From NCBI GenBank assembly GCA_903951405.1, contig CAJBBV010000168.1, positions 1 through 59,684 on the forward strand: a DNA stretch of 59,684 nt, read 5' to 3'. The stretch comes from an uncultured bacterium. GTDB lineage: Bacteria; Bacteroidota; Bacteroidia; Chitinophagales; Chitinophagaceae. The notes beneath the pieces were generated by a model. That model made no database searches. It saw nothing but the letters and a program-made list of their open reading frames with translations, and was not told the DNA's origin. The translations under genes and the position numbers were made by a program. How positions within the stretch are numbered: position 1 is the stretch's first letter; each line of letters opens with the position of its first letter. Shown here one piece after another: positions 30,451-39,606 of this stretch.

Positions 30451-31290
30451 TTAGTCTGCGAAAATATCAAGTTGATTAGTTATTTTTTTGTTGTTGAATT
30501 CTGTTGAAGCCTGAAGCAATCTCATCACGGCATTTCGTCCATTCAATCCAAGCTCAAGCGAGTATTCGTTCACATACAAATCGATGTGTTTCCTCATGAT
30601 GGCTTCATCCATTTCTTGCGCGTTTTCCTTGACAAACGGAGGAAGATCTTCGATATGTTCAAATGCGAATTCTGTACTTTTCTGTATAACGCGGTTAATC
30701 TTTTGACGTAATGCTTGATCAAAACTTCTTCTAGCCATAATGCCTCCTAGTGGAATGGGCAGTCCGGTGTTCTTCTCCCAAACATCACCTAGGTCCGCTA
30801 TTTTATAAAGTCCTTTAGCGGCATAAGTGAATCTATTTTCATGGATGATTACACCGAGATCAACTTCTTCATTCAACACGGCATCTTCAATATGATCAAA
30901 GGGCATAAATAATTTATGCTGTGCTCCTGGGAAGGCAAGGTTGAAAAGAAGGTGAGCTGTTGTATTGATTCCAGGCAATGCTATTGTAGTATTTATTATG
31001 TCTACTTGAATTTCAGAAGGTTTTATTTTTGATATCAGTAATGGGCCAACACCCTTTCCCAGAGCGCCACCCGCATCAAGGATTATATAATTATTGATGA
31101 GGCTTGAGACTGCCCCGTAACTAACTTTAGTGATATCAGCGGTTGACTCTTTTGCCATTTTATTTAATGTTTCTACATCCTCCAATATATAGGTAAATGT
31201 CAATCCTTCAGTATCGATTTTTTGATGAATCATCGCATCAAAAATGAAGGTATCATTTGGGCAGGGAGATATGGCCAGGGTCAGATTCAT
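30451..31290 (-). CDS. mqnD: 1,4-dihydroxy-6-naphthoate synthase (futalosine pathway)
   Basis: Motifs SPCPNDTFIF, DVETLN, ALGKGVGPL, IIHENRFTY, LPIPLG, HIDLYVN. Confidence 0.95.
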   Translation of the reverse strand: MNLTLAISPCPNDTFIFDAMIHQKIDTEGLTFTYILEDVETLNKMAKESTADITKVSYGAVSSLINNYIILDAGGALGKGVGPLLISKIKPSEIQVDIINTTIALPGINTTAHLLFNLAFPGAQHKLFMPFDHIEDAVLNEEVDLGVIIHENRFTYAAKGLYKIADLGDVWEKNTGLPIPLGGIMARRSFDQALRQKINRVIQKSTEFAFEHIEDLPPFVKENAQEMDEAIMRKHIDLYVNEYSLELGLNGRNAVMRLLQASTEFNNKKITNQLDIFAD

Positions 31291-31946
31291 TTGGTACTAT
31301 CTTCTTTAAGTTGATCTAGCATAATCCTACATGCTTCGTAGGTAGTTTGAAGTGATTCTTTTATTTTCCATCTACTTTTATCTCGATCGCCAACATAATT
31401 TGAGATACCTCTTAGTTGAATAAATGGAATGTTGTTCATCAAGCAAACATAGTGGAATGCGTTTCCTTCCATAGATTCAATATCTACATTGTAGTGATGT
31501 TTAAGCAGTGATATCTTTTCTGCGGAGGTAGAGATTTCATTTACCCCAAAACTTTTCACTAGAGGAAGTTTTGATTGGCTAAGTAATTGTTGGTGTGGGT
31601 TTACCAACATGCCATGTTGGTAGGGGAATGTATTTCGATCTGCAAATCCCAAATCGAAAATGTCTTTATAGTCATCAGCTTCCCAAACTCCCATATCTGA
31701 AATCATTTCCTCTTTAACGGCAACTGAACTTCCGATGTCGATTTGATCATTGATTGCGCCAGCTATTCCTATTTGTATTATAAGATCCGGACTCTTTGCA
31801 GTAATATTTTTTTCTAAAAATTGAGTGGTCGCAATTGGCCCAACGCCTGTTATCCAATAGTCAAGTATCAAGTCGCTTAGCTCGTTAGATAAGGTCCTGA
31901 ATGAATGAAGCTCTAATTCTGTGGCAGCTGCTAGAATGACTTTCAT
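31287..31946 (-). CDS. mqnB: Futalosine hydrolase
   Basis: PNP/MTAN fold (TGVG, IGIAG, ESMEG, RGISNYVGDRDKSRW); overlaps the mqnD start. Confidence 0.88.
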   Translation of the reverse strand: MKVILAAATELELHSFRTLSNELSDLILDYWITGVGPIATTQFLEKNITAKSPDLIIQIGIAGAINDQIDIGSSVAVKEEMISDMGVWEADDYKDIFDLGFADRNTFPYQHGMLVNPHQQLLSQSKLPLVKSFGVNEISTSAEKISLLKHHYNVDIESMEGNAFHYVCLMNNIPFIQLRGISNYVGDRDKSRWKIKESLQTTYEACRIMLDQLKEDSTK

Positions 31947-32050
31947 GGCGTAAAGTTCAGCATTTAATGACTATTGTGGAAAAATCAATTTTATCGTATT
32001 TTTTAGTATTTAGCCGTAAAAGGGGCTGTGCTAAAATCTAGGCCTAAAAT

Positions 32051-32072
32051 TACCTTTGTATGCTTAACTTTG
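32051..32072 (+). promoter_or_regulatory. Two tandem -7 promoter elements upstream of the PTPS-PTPS-folE cluster
   Basis: TACCTTTG at 32051-32058 and TAACTTTG at 32065-32072. Confidence 0.55.
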
Positions 32073-32091
32073 CCTCCCCAAACGGGAGAAT

Positions 32092-32508
32092 ATGCCAATA
32101 CTTTATCTTACAAGAAGGGAACATTTTAATGCTGCGCACAAGTTGTATAATCCAGCTTGGAGTAAGGAGAAAAATGATCAGGTTTTTGGCAAGTGTGCTA
32201 ATGAAAATTGGCATGGGCATAATTTCGAATTGTTCGTTACAGTCAAAGGGAGCCCTTCTCCAGAAACTGGTTTTATTTTTGACGCAAAGATGCTCAGTAA
32301 GATCATCAACACCTATGTCATTGACATACTAGATCATCGTAACCTCAACGTCGATGTTCCTTTTATGCAAGGCAAGATGTGCTCTATTGAAAATCTTATC
32401 TATGAAATCTGGCTTCAGCTTGAACCCCATATGCCTGAAGGGGTAAAATTGCATGGACTCAAGTTGGTAGAAACCGCTAGAATTTATGTGGAGTATTTTG
32501 GGGAGTAG
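32092..32508 (+). CDS. 6-pyruvoyl-tetrahydropterin synthase/QueD family protein, copy 1 (C-X5-HGH type)
   Basis: Motifs FNAAH, FGKCANENWHGHNF, LDHRNLN, ETARIYVEY. Confidence 0.9.
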   Translation: MPILYLTRREHFNAAHKLYNPAWSKEKNDQVFGKCANENWHGHNFELFVTVKGSPSPETGFIFDAKMLSKIINTYVIDILDHRNLNVDVPFMQGKMCSIENLIYEIWLQLEPHMPEGVKLHGLKLVETARIYVEYFGE

Positions 32509-32566
32509 ATTTCACAAAGACATTTTCTGTTAGTCAACGATTCCTTTTTTTATAAATTGTATTTAC

Positions 32567-32983
32567 ATGAATCAACTTGTATCTGTTTTTCGTGAAGAGC
32601 ATTTTAATGCAGCACATCGACTTCACAACCCAGCTTGGTCTGATGCTGAAAATCAGCGTATTTTTGGGAAGTGTAATTTGCCTAATTATCATGGGCATAA
32701 TTATGACTTGATTGTTAAGGTAACCGGAGAGATCGATCGGGATACAGGGTATGTAATTGACATGAAAGTACTTTCTGACATCATCAGTGAAAAAGTGCTA
32801 AATCGATTTGATCACCGTAACTTGAATGAAGATGTGGCAGAGTTCAAGGGGCTCAATCCTACCGCTGAAAATATTGTTATTGTGATTTATAATCTCCTTC
32901 GTCCATCAATCAGTGAACATTTGTCACTTCAGATACGTTTATATGAAACACCACGAAATTTTGTGGAATTTCCGGTTTCTTAA
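32567..32983 (+). CDS. 6-pyruvoyl-tetrahydropterin synthase/QueD family protein, copy 2 (C-X5-HGH type)
   Basis: Motifs FNAAHRL, FGKCNLPNYHGHNY, FDHRNLN, PTAEN, YETPRNFVE. Confidence 0.9.
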   Translation: MNQLVSVFREEHFNAAHRLHNPAWSDAENQRIFGKCNLPNYHGHNYDLIVKVTGEIDRDTGYVIDMKVLSDIISEKVLNRFDHRNLNEDVAEFKGLNPTAENIVIVIYNLLRPSISEHLSLQIRLYETPRNFVEFPVS

Positions 32984-32992
32984 AATATAATT

Positions 32993-33589
32993 ATGGCATA
33001 CAAAAAGGTTGAACACTTTGATGAACATATAACTACTGGTTTAATTGAGCATTATAGGGAATCTATTAAGTTATTGGGAGAAAACGAACAACGTGAAGGG
33101 TTGTTGAAGACTCCTGAACGAATAGCTAAATCCATGCAGTTTCTCACACAAGGCTATCAAATTGATCCTAGAGAAATCCTAAATTCTGCCAAATTTCATG
33201 AGGACGTAAGTGAGATGATTATTGTAAAAGATATTGAACTGTATAGCTTATGTGAACATCATATGTTGCCCTTCTTTGGAAAGGCACATGTGGCCTATAT
33301 ACCTAACGGTTGGATAACAGGCCTTAGCAAGATCGCTAGGGTAGTCGACACTTACAGTAGAAGGTTACAGGTGCAAGAAAGGCTTACTACCGAAATCCTT
33401 AATGCTATTCAAGAAACATTGAATCCACTTGGTGTTGCTGTAGTTATTGAAGCTTCTCATTTATGCATGATGATGAGAGGTGTTCAAAAGCAAAATTCTG
33501 TTACAACAACTTCTGCGTTTTGTGGTGAGTTTCAAAAGAATGAGTCAAGAAGTGAATTTATCCGTTTGATTGGGGCCAAACTTCATTAG
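32993..33589 (+). CDS. folE: GTP cyclohydrolase I
   Basis: Motifs [46 protein letters not shown]. Confidence 0.97.
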   Translation: MAYKKVEHFDEHITTGLIEHYRESIKLLGENEQREGLLKTPERIAKSMQFLTQGYQIDPREILNSAKFHEDVSEMIIVKDIELYSLCEHHMLPFFGKAHVAYIPNGWITGLSKIARVVDTYSRRLQVQERLTTEILNAIQETLNPLGVAVVIEASHLCMMMRGVQKQNSVTTTSAFCGEFQKNESRSEFIRLIGAKLH

Positions 33590-33754
33590 GCAATATTTCT
33601 TTCCACATTCCCTAAATTAAAACAGACAATTTGCATTGAAAATCAATGTGTTGTCATTTGTTTTTTGTTTAACTCCTGAAAGTTACTAGAATTATACCCT
33701 ACCCTCTTTTTAAACTCTGTTGTTTCCGTTAAATTCGCATCTTCAAAATAGAGT

Positions 33755-34645
33755 ATGATTAATGCGTTTGTATTTCCTGGACAAGGATCTCAGTTTCCAG
33801 GAATGGGGAAAGAACACTATGATGGTAATGCTTTCGCAAGAAGGTTTTTTGAACAAGGGAATGATATATTGGGTTTTCGAATTTCTGATATCATGTTTAA
33901 TGGCACTGAGGAGGATTTAAGGCAAACAAAGGTTACTCAGCCAGCCATTTTTCTTCATTCAATTATCTCCTATAAAATGATCGAGGGTACCATTCCACAT
34001 ATGGTTGCTGGTCACTCTTTAGGAGAATTTTCAGCTTTAGTAGTCAATGGTTCATTGCCTTTTGAAGATGCGCTAAAGCTTGTGAGTATCCGTGCTTCTG
34101 CGATGCAAAAAGCGTGTGAGTTAAATCCATCTGCTATGGCTGCTATTTTGGCATTGGATGATGCAATCGCTGAGAAAATATGCAAGGAAATTATGGAAGA
34201 AACCGGAGAGGTTGTTGTTCCCGCCAATTATAATTGTCCGGGTCAGTTGGTGATTAGTGGAACGAATGCGGGTATCGATATAGCTTGTGAGAGAATGAAG
34301 GCTGCGGGAGCAAAGCGAGCATTGAAGTTACCTGTTGGAGGTGCGTTTCATTCTCCATTGATGGAGCCAGCAAAAGAAGAGCTTGCTGCGGCGATTATGG
34401 CAACGAATTTTCATAAGCCGGCCTGTCCTGTTTATCAAAATATTGTAGCTAAACCCGTGACTCAGCCAGAAGAAATCAAACAAAATCTAATTGATCAATT
34501 GACTGGCCCAGTTAGGTGGTCTCAAACCATTACCGCAATGATAGCAGATGGTGCAAGTAGCTTTAAAGAGATTGGCCCAGGGAAAGTATTGCAAGGTTTA
34601 ATTGGAAAAATAAACAAGGAGATTCACGTTGAATCGGTGAACTGA
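33755..34645 (+). CDS. fabD: Malonyl-CoA:ACP transacylase
   Basis: Motifs FPGQGSQ, TQPAI, GHSLGE, GAFHSPLM, EIGPGKVL. Confidence 0.97.
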   Translation: MINAFVFPGQGSQFPGMGKEHYDGNAFARRFFEQGNDILGFRISDIMFNGTEEDLRQTKVTQPAIFLHSIISYKMIEGTIPHMVAGHSLGEFSALVVNGSLPFEDALKLVSIRASAMQKACELNPSAMAAILALDDAIAEKICKEIMEETGEVVVPANYNCPGQLVISGTNAGIDIACERMKAAGAKRALKLPVGGAFHSPLMEPAKEELAAAIMATNFHKPACPVYQNIVAKPVTQPEEIKQNLIDQLTGPVRWSQTITAMIADGASSFKEIGPGKVLQGLIGKINKEIHVESVN

Positions 34646-34748
34646 TTTCAAGTAGCAGCTACTTATTGTACTTGTTTATTGGGGGTGCTGTCCTATTGTT
34701 TATATCAAAGGGAATATCCTAGATGAAGAGTAGTAAAATTTAAAGATT

Positions 34749-35063
34749 TTAAGCCTGAGCAACTGGTCCGCCAAAATTAAACGGCATTTGTATTTCCCCG
34801 CCATCTTTAATTTTCCCATTTATTTGCTCGAATTTCTCAAGATTATCTGCTAGCGCAGTGAGTAGACGTTTTGCATGCTGAGGGGTTAGTATAATTCTTG
34901 ACTTTACTCTACTCTTTGGGGTTCCTGGCATAACATTGACGAAGTCCACCACAAATTCTGCATGGCTGTGGGTGATGATAGCTAGGTTTGCATATTGTCC
35001 TTCTGCTACTTCTTCTGAAATTTCTATATTAAGTGGATTCTCAGGTTGTTTTTGTTCGCTCAT
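34749..35063 (-). CDS. DUF3467 domain protein
   Basis: AEGQYANLAIITHSHAEFVVDF...SRIILTPQHAKRL. ATG at 35063 preferred because it lies downstream of a TATATTTG element. Confidence 0.88.
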   Translation of the reverse strand: MSEQKQPENPLNIEISEEVAEGQYANLAIITHSHAEFVVDFVNVMPGTPKSRVKSRIILTPQHAKRLLTALADNLEKFEQINGKIKDGGEIQMPFNFGGPVAQA

Positions 35064-35114
35064 GTAAATCAATTTATACTGCAAATATAGGGCTTCATTC
35101 ACTTATGGGCTTCT

Positions 35115-37151
35115 TCATAGATGCCATATAACTTGTATTCGGCCTTCTTTTTTGAGGAGATAGCCAAAACTTGAATTTCCATAGTTTATTCCGTCTGGTG
35201 CTGATTTGGTGAATGCCCACTTCATCCATATGGTTAACTGTTTAGTAAGTTTGTATTCCGCCACTACATAATTTCGTATACCCTTATCATATAAGGCTGG
35301 AATGGAGTAGTATGAAAGTACATCACGTTCATAGCTGTAAATTCTGGAATGGTATCCACCTGTTTCAAATATGCATGTCCTTAAGCTGATAGAGAATGGC
35401 TTGAGTAGGGGCTTAAAAATTACTTCTACATAGGATAAAAATCCTAATTCTGCTTCTTGATATTCTTTTGTATACCTCGATAGTTCTACTCTTTCTCTTA
35501 TTGTAATGGATGGGCTAGGCATGAAAGAAAGATTCATTCTGATTTTTGAAAGATAGGTAAACAACAGCCGATTTGTTTTGTCGGATTCGAGTCTTCCATT
35601 CTCTGTCTTTTTATCTTGGTGATATCGTAGATAGCATTCTGTTTTTTTATTGGGTTTCCATGTGTACTGTATTGCCAAACTATTTCCTCTTCGTGTGCCA
35701 TCACAGAAATACCCCGGCCAACTATTTATATAGGCGTCTATATATCCGTCTATTTTATTTTTTGCATCGAGTTGAAGATTAAGGCAGGTATAAAGACCTC
35801 TTTCATTATTTGCTTCAGTATTTTGTGTCATGGCATTTGATTGAATCGACCGAAATGCTTTATTGATATTTCTGTATAAAAAAAATACATCTAGTTTAGC
35901 ATCTATGCTTTTTATCAAGCCTATGTTGATGGCCTTATTTACCTGTTGGTCAATAGCTATCTCTCCGAATAGGAAAGCTTTTTTTGTGTTGAGTGAGAAA
36001 TCAGCGCTGCTATTTTGCCAATGATTGCTGTTGATAGCAAAAAAATTATAGGGTATATTTCTTTTTTTTATTGGATAGTCGAAGACAGTAGAGAGGTGAT
36101 TGATTCCGATTTTAAATTCATGAAAGTATACGCTTGCCCTTCCGCCCATTATTTTCTCCATTACAGCATTTTTGTCTGTAATGGTTGACGCGCTGTAGTG
36201 TAATCCGGATGTTTGAAAAGCACTTATATACGTAAAAGGTGAAGTCGATGAAGAGTCTGTAATGACATTAGCGTCAATTTTTTCTCTTCCTGCAAAAAGT
36301 GTCAGCTCCCCATTTTTTTTAGCGAACGTCATACTTATGCCTCGGTGATATCTATTTTCATCCAATCCAGTATGGGGTCTAATGATTTCTCCTTGTCTGT
36401 ATCCTCCTATTATATTATTGCTTTTTCCAAACGCATATCCTTGCCATTGAAGTAATCCTTGTCCTATGCATAACAGGTAATCTCCCAAAATCATTGTTTT
36501 CACAATTCCTTTGTCTTTTATCATGGCATATCCACTCATGTGGTCTGCCCAATTTTGTTCGCCTGCATCCTTTTCAATTGTAGCCCCCCAGCGCAACGCA
36601 TGATTGTTTTTGAAGGAATACCTTATTAATTGTTTGTATCCTTTTTCTGTATCGGTATTACCATTAAATATAGTCGATGACCCTTTTTGAATACCTGAGT
36701 TTGTCCACCCTGTTCTATATAAAATAGAGTGTTCCCCTGTTTTTATCTGTTGTTTTAATGTTGGTATTAATTGTTGATCAGATTCAATGTAAAGATTCGG
36801 TATTATTTTTTTGATGGTTTCTGTATCCCAGTAAGGGATAGCTTGTAACTCAAGAAGGTTTATAAAAGGCCCCATTGTTTTTTTGTATAATAGAAAGTGG
36901 TTTATTTGAATGGGCGTTAGAAGCCGAAGTGAAAACAATTCAGTTTCATTTATTTTGTTGATGTTGTATAGACTTGTTCTATCCTGAAGAGTTTGTTCAT
37001 TTGGATTTTGAATTGTCGGATCATCAGTAATTATTCCATTTTCAATTTCAAGCTCATTCTCCTCCGTTTCAATTTGTGAAAATCCACCAAGAGAAGTCAG
37101 CACTGCGCATAATATGAATATAAGAACTGTGCTTTTTCTATTAAAGGTCAT
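35115..37151 (-). CDS. Exported ComEA-like helix-hairpin-helix protein with probable C-terminal beta-barrel
   Basis: Signal peptide; NINKINETEL...GPFINLLELQAIP HhH region; EKDAGE, GQGL, SGLH and RIYSYERDVL family motifs; amphipathic strands at the C-terminus. Confidence 0.75.
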   Translation of the reverse strand: MTFNRKSTVLIFILCAVLTSLGGFSQIETEENELEIENGIITDDPTIQNPNEQTLQDRTSLYNINKINETELFSLRLLTPIQINHFLLYKKTMGPFINLLELQAIPYWDTETIKKIIPNLYIESDQQLIPTLKQQIKTGEHSILYRTGWTNSGIQKGSSTIFNGNTDTEKGYKQLIRYSFKNNHALRWGATIEKDAGEQNWADHMSGYAMIKDKGIVKTMILGDYLLCIGQGLLQWQGYAFGKSNNIIGGYRQGEIIRPHTGLDENRYHRGISMTFAKKNGELTLFAGREKIDANVITDSSSTSPFTYISAFQTSGLHYSASTITDKNAVMEKIMGGRASVYFHEFKIGINHLSTVFDYPIKKRNIPYNFFAINSNHWQNSSADFSLNTKKAFLFGEIAIDQQVNKAINIGLIKSIDAKLDVFFLYRNINKAFRSIQSNAMTQNTEANNERGLYTCLNLQLDAKNKIDGYIDAYINSWPGYFCDGTRRGNSLAIQYTWKPNKKTECYLRYHQDKKTENGRLESDKTNRLLFTYLSKIRMNLSFMPSPSITIRERVELSRYTKEYQEAELGFLSYVEVIFKPLLKPFSISLRTCIFETGGYHSRIYSYERDVLSYYSIPALYDKGIRNYVVAEYKLTKQLTIWMKWAFTKSAPDGINYGNSSFGYLLKKEGRIQVIWHL

Positions 37152-37947
37152 GTGATATGCTTATGCCTGAAGAAAATCCGAGATAAGGATGTGAGGAGAA
37201 AGAGAATGAAACGAGTTCTTTTTTTATTTTCCATCCCAAAATAACAAAGCCCATATTCAGTGGTGGCGATATGCCAAATTTTAATCTGAAGAGTTCGTTT
37301 ATTTTCCAATCAATCGTTGGGATGAACGTTATGGGGGTATCACTCTCTTTGACTAGCTCACACACTGCACTGATGTGCTGATTTATCTTTTTTCCAATGC
37401 CCGTTTGAATGACATAGTATCCAGGTACTTGACTGTTTTTAAATTTCCTTAAAAAGCGGTTATTACTGATGTGAATTCCAATACTCGTGTTTTCTGGAAA
37501 TTGATATATTAATCCGACTTGGTAGCCGATTCGTGTCATGGGCGGAGTTCCAGGCCATGTTGTTTTTGCCCCTTCGAGTTTGACCCCAACGCCCAACTTT
37601 TCCGATAAACGCATGCCATACCCAATATTGAAGGAGGTTGAAGAAAATCCATTACTGCCTCTGAGCTGTGCACCAACAGCCATGCCTCCTTTATCGGTTC
37701 GTAAAAGAAATGCAAACCTCATGTTGTTCATCTCTTTTACCATGTACCTATTTTCGACATAGGTGCCTAGTTGGGTTTTCAAGGCGAAGGCTGAGGAGGC
37801 AATTAACTGGACGGGAGCGAAAAGCTCTTTTTCTTCTACCTGATAAGCGCTTGTGCTAAGGGGGGCGATTGACTTTAGCTCGCTGTTAATTTGAGCGTGC
37901 GTCAATTGAGTTAACATTGTTAGCATTATCATTATGCTGTTTTTCAT
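37141..37947 (-). CDS. Hypothetical exported protein, probable outer-membrane beta-barrel
   Basis: Signal peptide ending HA-Q, alternating beta-strand pattern, C-terminal HPYLGFS; overlaps the start of the HhH gene. Start 37947 or 37962. Confidence 0.65.
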   Translation of the reverse strand: MKNSIMIMLTMLTQLTHAQINSELKSIAPLSTSAYQVEEKELFAPVQLIASSAFALKTQLGTYVENRYMVKEMNNMRFAFLLRTDKGGMAVGAQLRGSNGFSSTSFNIGYGMRLSEKLGVGVKLEGAKTTWPGTPPMTRIGYQVGLIYQFPENTSIGIHISNNRFLRKFKNSQVPGYYVIQTGIGKKINQHISAVCELVKESDTPITFIPTIDWKINELFRLKFGISPPLNMGFVILGWKIKKELVSFSFSSHPYLGFSSGISISHDL

Positions 37948-38032
37948 GATGCAAATATGCATTTAGGCCATACCGTTATCCATGTTGAAAACATCCTATT
38001 TTGATGTCATTTTCCTGCTGTAACTTTGATGT

Positions 38033-38908
38033 ATGAATTTGCTCGACGGAAAAATTGTATCACAAGCGGTGAAAGACCGACTTAAAACACAAACCGCGGA
38101 ACGATTATTACAAGGGAAAAAGGCGCCACACTTGGCGGCTATTTTAATTGGGAATAATGGGGCTAGCGAAACCTATGTGGCGTCAAAGGTTAAGTCTTGT
38201 GCTGAAGTTGGATTTACGTCAACGCTGATTAGACTTGAGGAATCGATTTCAGAGCAGGATCTTCTTTTTAAGCTTACTGAATTGAATGAAGATTTCGATG
38301 TTGACGGCATTCTGGTTCAACTCCCATTGCCAAAGCATATATCAGAACAAAAAGTTATCGAAACCATACTACCATCAAAAGATGTTGATGGCTTTCATCC
38401 CGAGAGTGTAGGAAGGATGGTTCAAGGACTTCCTGCTTTTTATCCTGCTACACCATATGGCATCTTGTTGATGTTAGAACACTATAAAATAGAAACAAAA
38501 GGAAAGCATGCGGTGGTTATTGGCAGAAGTAATATTGTTGGTAGGCCCATAAGCATCATGTTGAATAAAAATGAGTATCCTGGAAATTGTACAGTAACGG
38601 TATGCCACTCTCATACACATAATTTGAAAGGAATTTGTTTACAAGCCGACATCATTATTGCAGCCTTAGGTAAGCCTGAATTTCTAAAAGGAGATATGGT
38701 TAAAGAAGGCGCTGTAATCGTGGATGTAGGGATCACCCGTGTTCCAGATGCCTCAAAAAAATCTGGATTTGCCATAAAGGGTGATGTTGATTTTAATGAA
38801 GTTGCTCCCAAGAGCAGTTATATAACTCCTGTGCCAGGAGGCGTTGGTCCGATGACCATTGCAGCACTGATGATGAATACCTTTAAAGCATGTGCTGCTA
38901 AAGATTAA
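38033..38908 (+). CDS. folD: Methylenetetrahydrofolate dehydrogenase/cyclohydrolase
   Basis: Motifs [38 protein letters not shown]. Confidence 0.97.
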   Translation: MNLLDGKIVSQAVKDRLKTQTAERLLQGKKAPHLAAILIGNNGASETYVASKVKSCAEVGFTSTLIRLEESISEQDLLFKLTELNEDFDVDGILVQLPLPKHISEQKVIETILPSKDVDGFHPESVGRMVQGLPAFYPATPYGILLMLEHYKIETKGKHAVVIGRSNIVGRPISIMLNKNEYPGNCTVTVCHSHTHNLKGICLQADIIIAALGKPEFLKGDMVKEGAVIVDVGITRVPDASKKSGFAIKGDVDFNEVAPKSSYITPVPGGVGPMTIAALMMNTFKACAAKD

Positions 38909-38911
38909 CCT

Positions 38912-39526
38912 ATGCAAGAAACATCTTCTCCTGCCTTGTCTTTGATGGAGCATTTTTATACACTTCAAGGAGAGGGGCGCTATAGTGGGCAAGCCTCTTA
39001 TTTTATCCGACTTGGTGGATGTGATGTGGGCTGTACATGGTGTGATGTTAAAGAAAGCTGGGATGCTACAAAACATCCACAAGTCACTATTGAATATATT
39101 GTGAATGTTGTTCGAGTTTCTGGATCACCTATTGCAGTCATTACAGGCGGTGAACCGTTAATGCATAACCTGAGTGGGCTAACAGCACAGTTGAAGTCCA
39201 TTGGAGTGAGAACGCATATTGAAACATCGGGCGCTCACCCCTTATCCGGATCATGGGATTGGATCTGCCTTTCGCCCAAAAAATTTAAAGCACCACGTGA
39301 AGAGGTTATCAAGAGAGCAAATGAATTGAAAGTGGTTGTGTATAATAAATCAGATTTCGAATGGGCTGAAAAGTATGCTGCATTAGTTTCCCCTGATTGC
39401 CTTCTCTATCTTCAGCCTGAATGGAGCAAAGCCTCTGTTATGAATTCACTCATCGTATCCTATATTAAAGAAAACCCTAAATGGATTTTTTCAAGTCAAT
39501 CCCATAAATTTTTGGACATTCCATAG
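38912..39526 (+). CDS. queE: 7-carboxy-7-deazaguanine synthase (radical SAM)
   Basis: Motifs FYTLQGEG, FIRLGGCDVGCTWCD (CX3CX2C), ITGGEP, SPK, LQPEW. Confidence 0.92.
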   Translation: MQETSSPALSLMEHFYTLQGEGRYSGQASYFIRLGGCDVGCTWCDVKESWDATKHPQVTIEYIVNVVRVSGSPIAVITGGEPLMHNLSGLTAQLKSIGVRTHIETSGAHPLSGSWDWICLSPKKFKAPREEVIKRANELKVVVYNKSDFEWAEKYAALVSPDCLLYLQPEWSKASVMNSLIVSYIKENPKWIFSSQSHKFLDIP

Positions 39527-39606
39527 CCTTAGTGCATAGTGTAACAAATGGCTTTTAACAAACGAATAAGCATGCGGGTTAGAAAAATCAATTAACTTTA
39601 TTTTGC

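Noticed and set aside
33619-33666. Imperfect hairpin after folE as a riboswitch or ncRNA
   Set aside because: It is an AT-rich imperfect stem with no recognisable aptamer; at most a weak terminator.
32092-39526. folE/PTPS/queE as a 7-deazaguanine DNA-modification (dpd) defence island
   Set aside because: There is no dpdA/tgt-like, queC or other dpd gene, and the genes are interspersed with core housekeeping loci.
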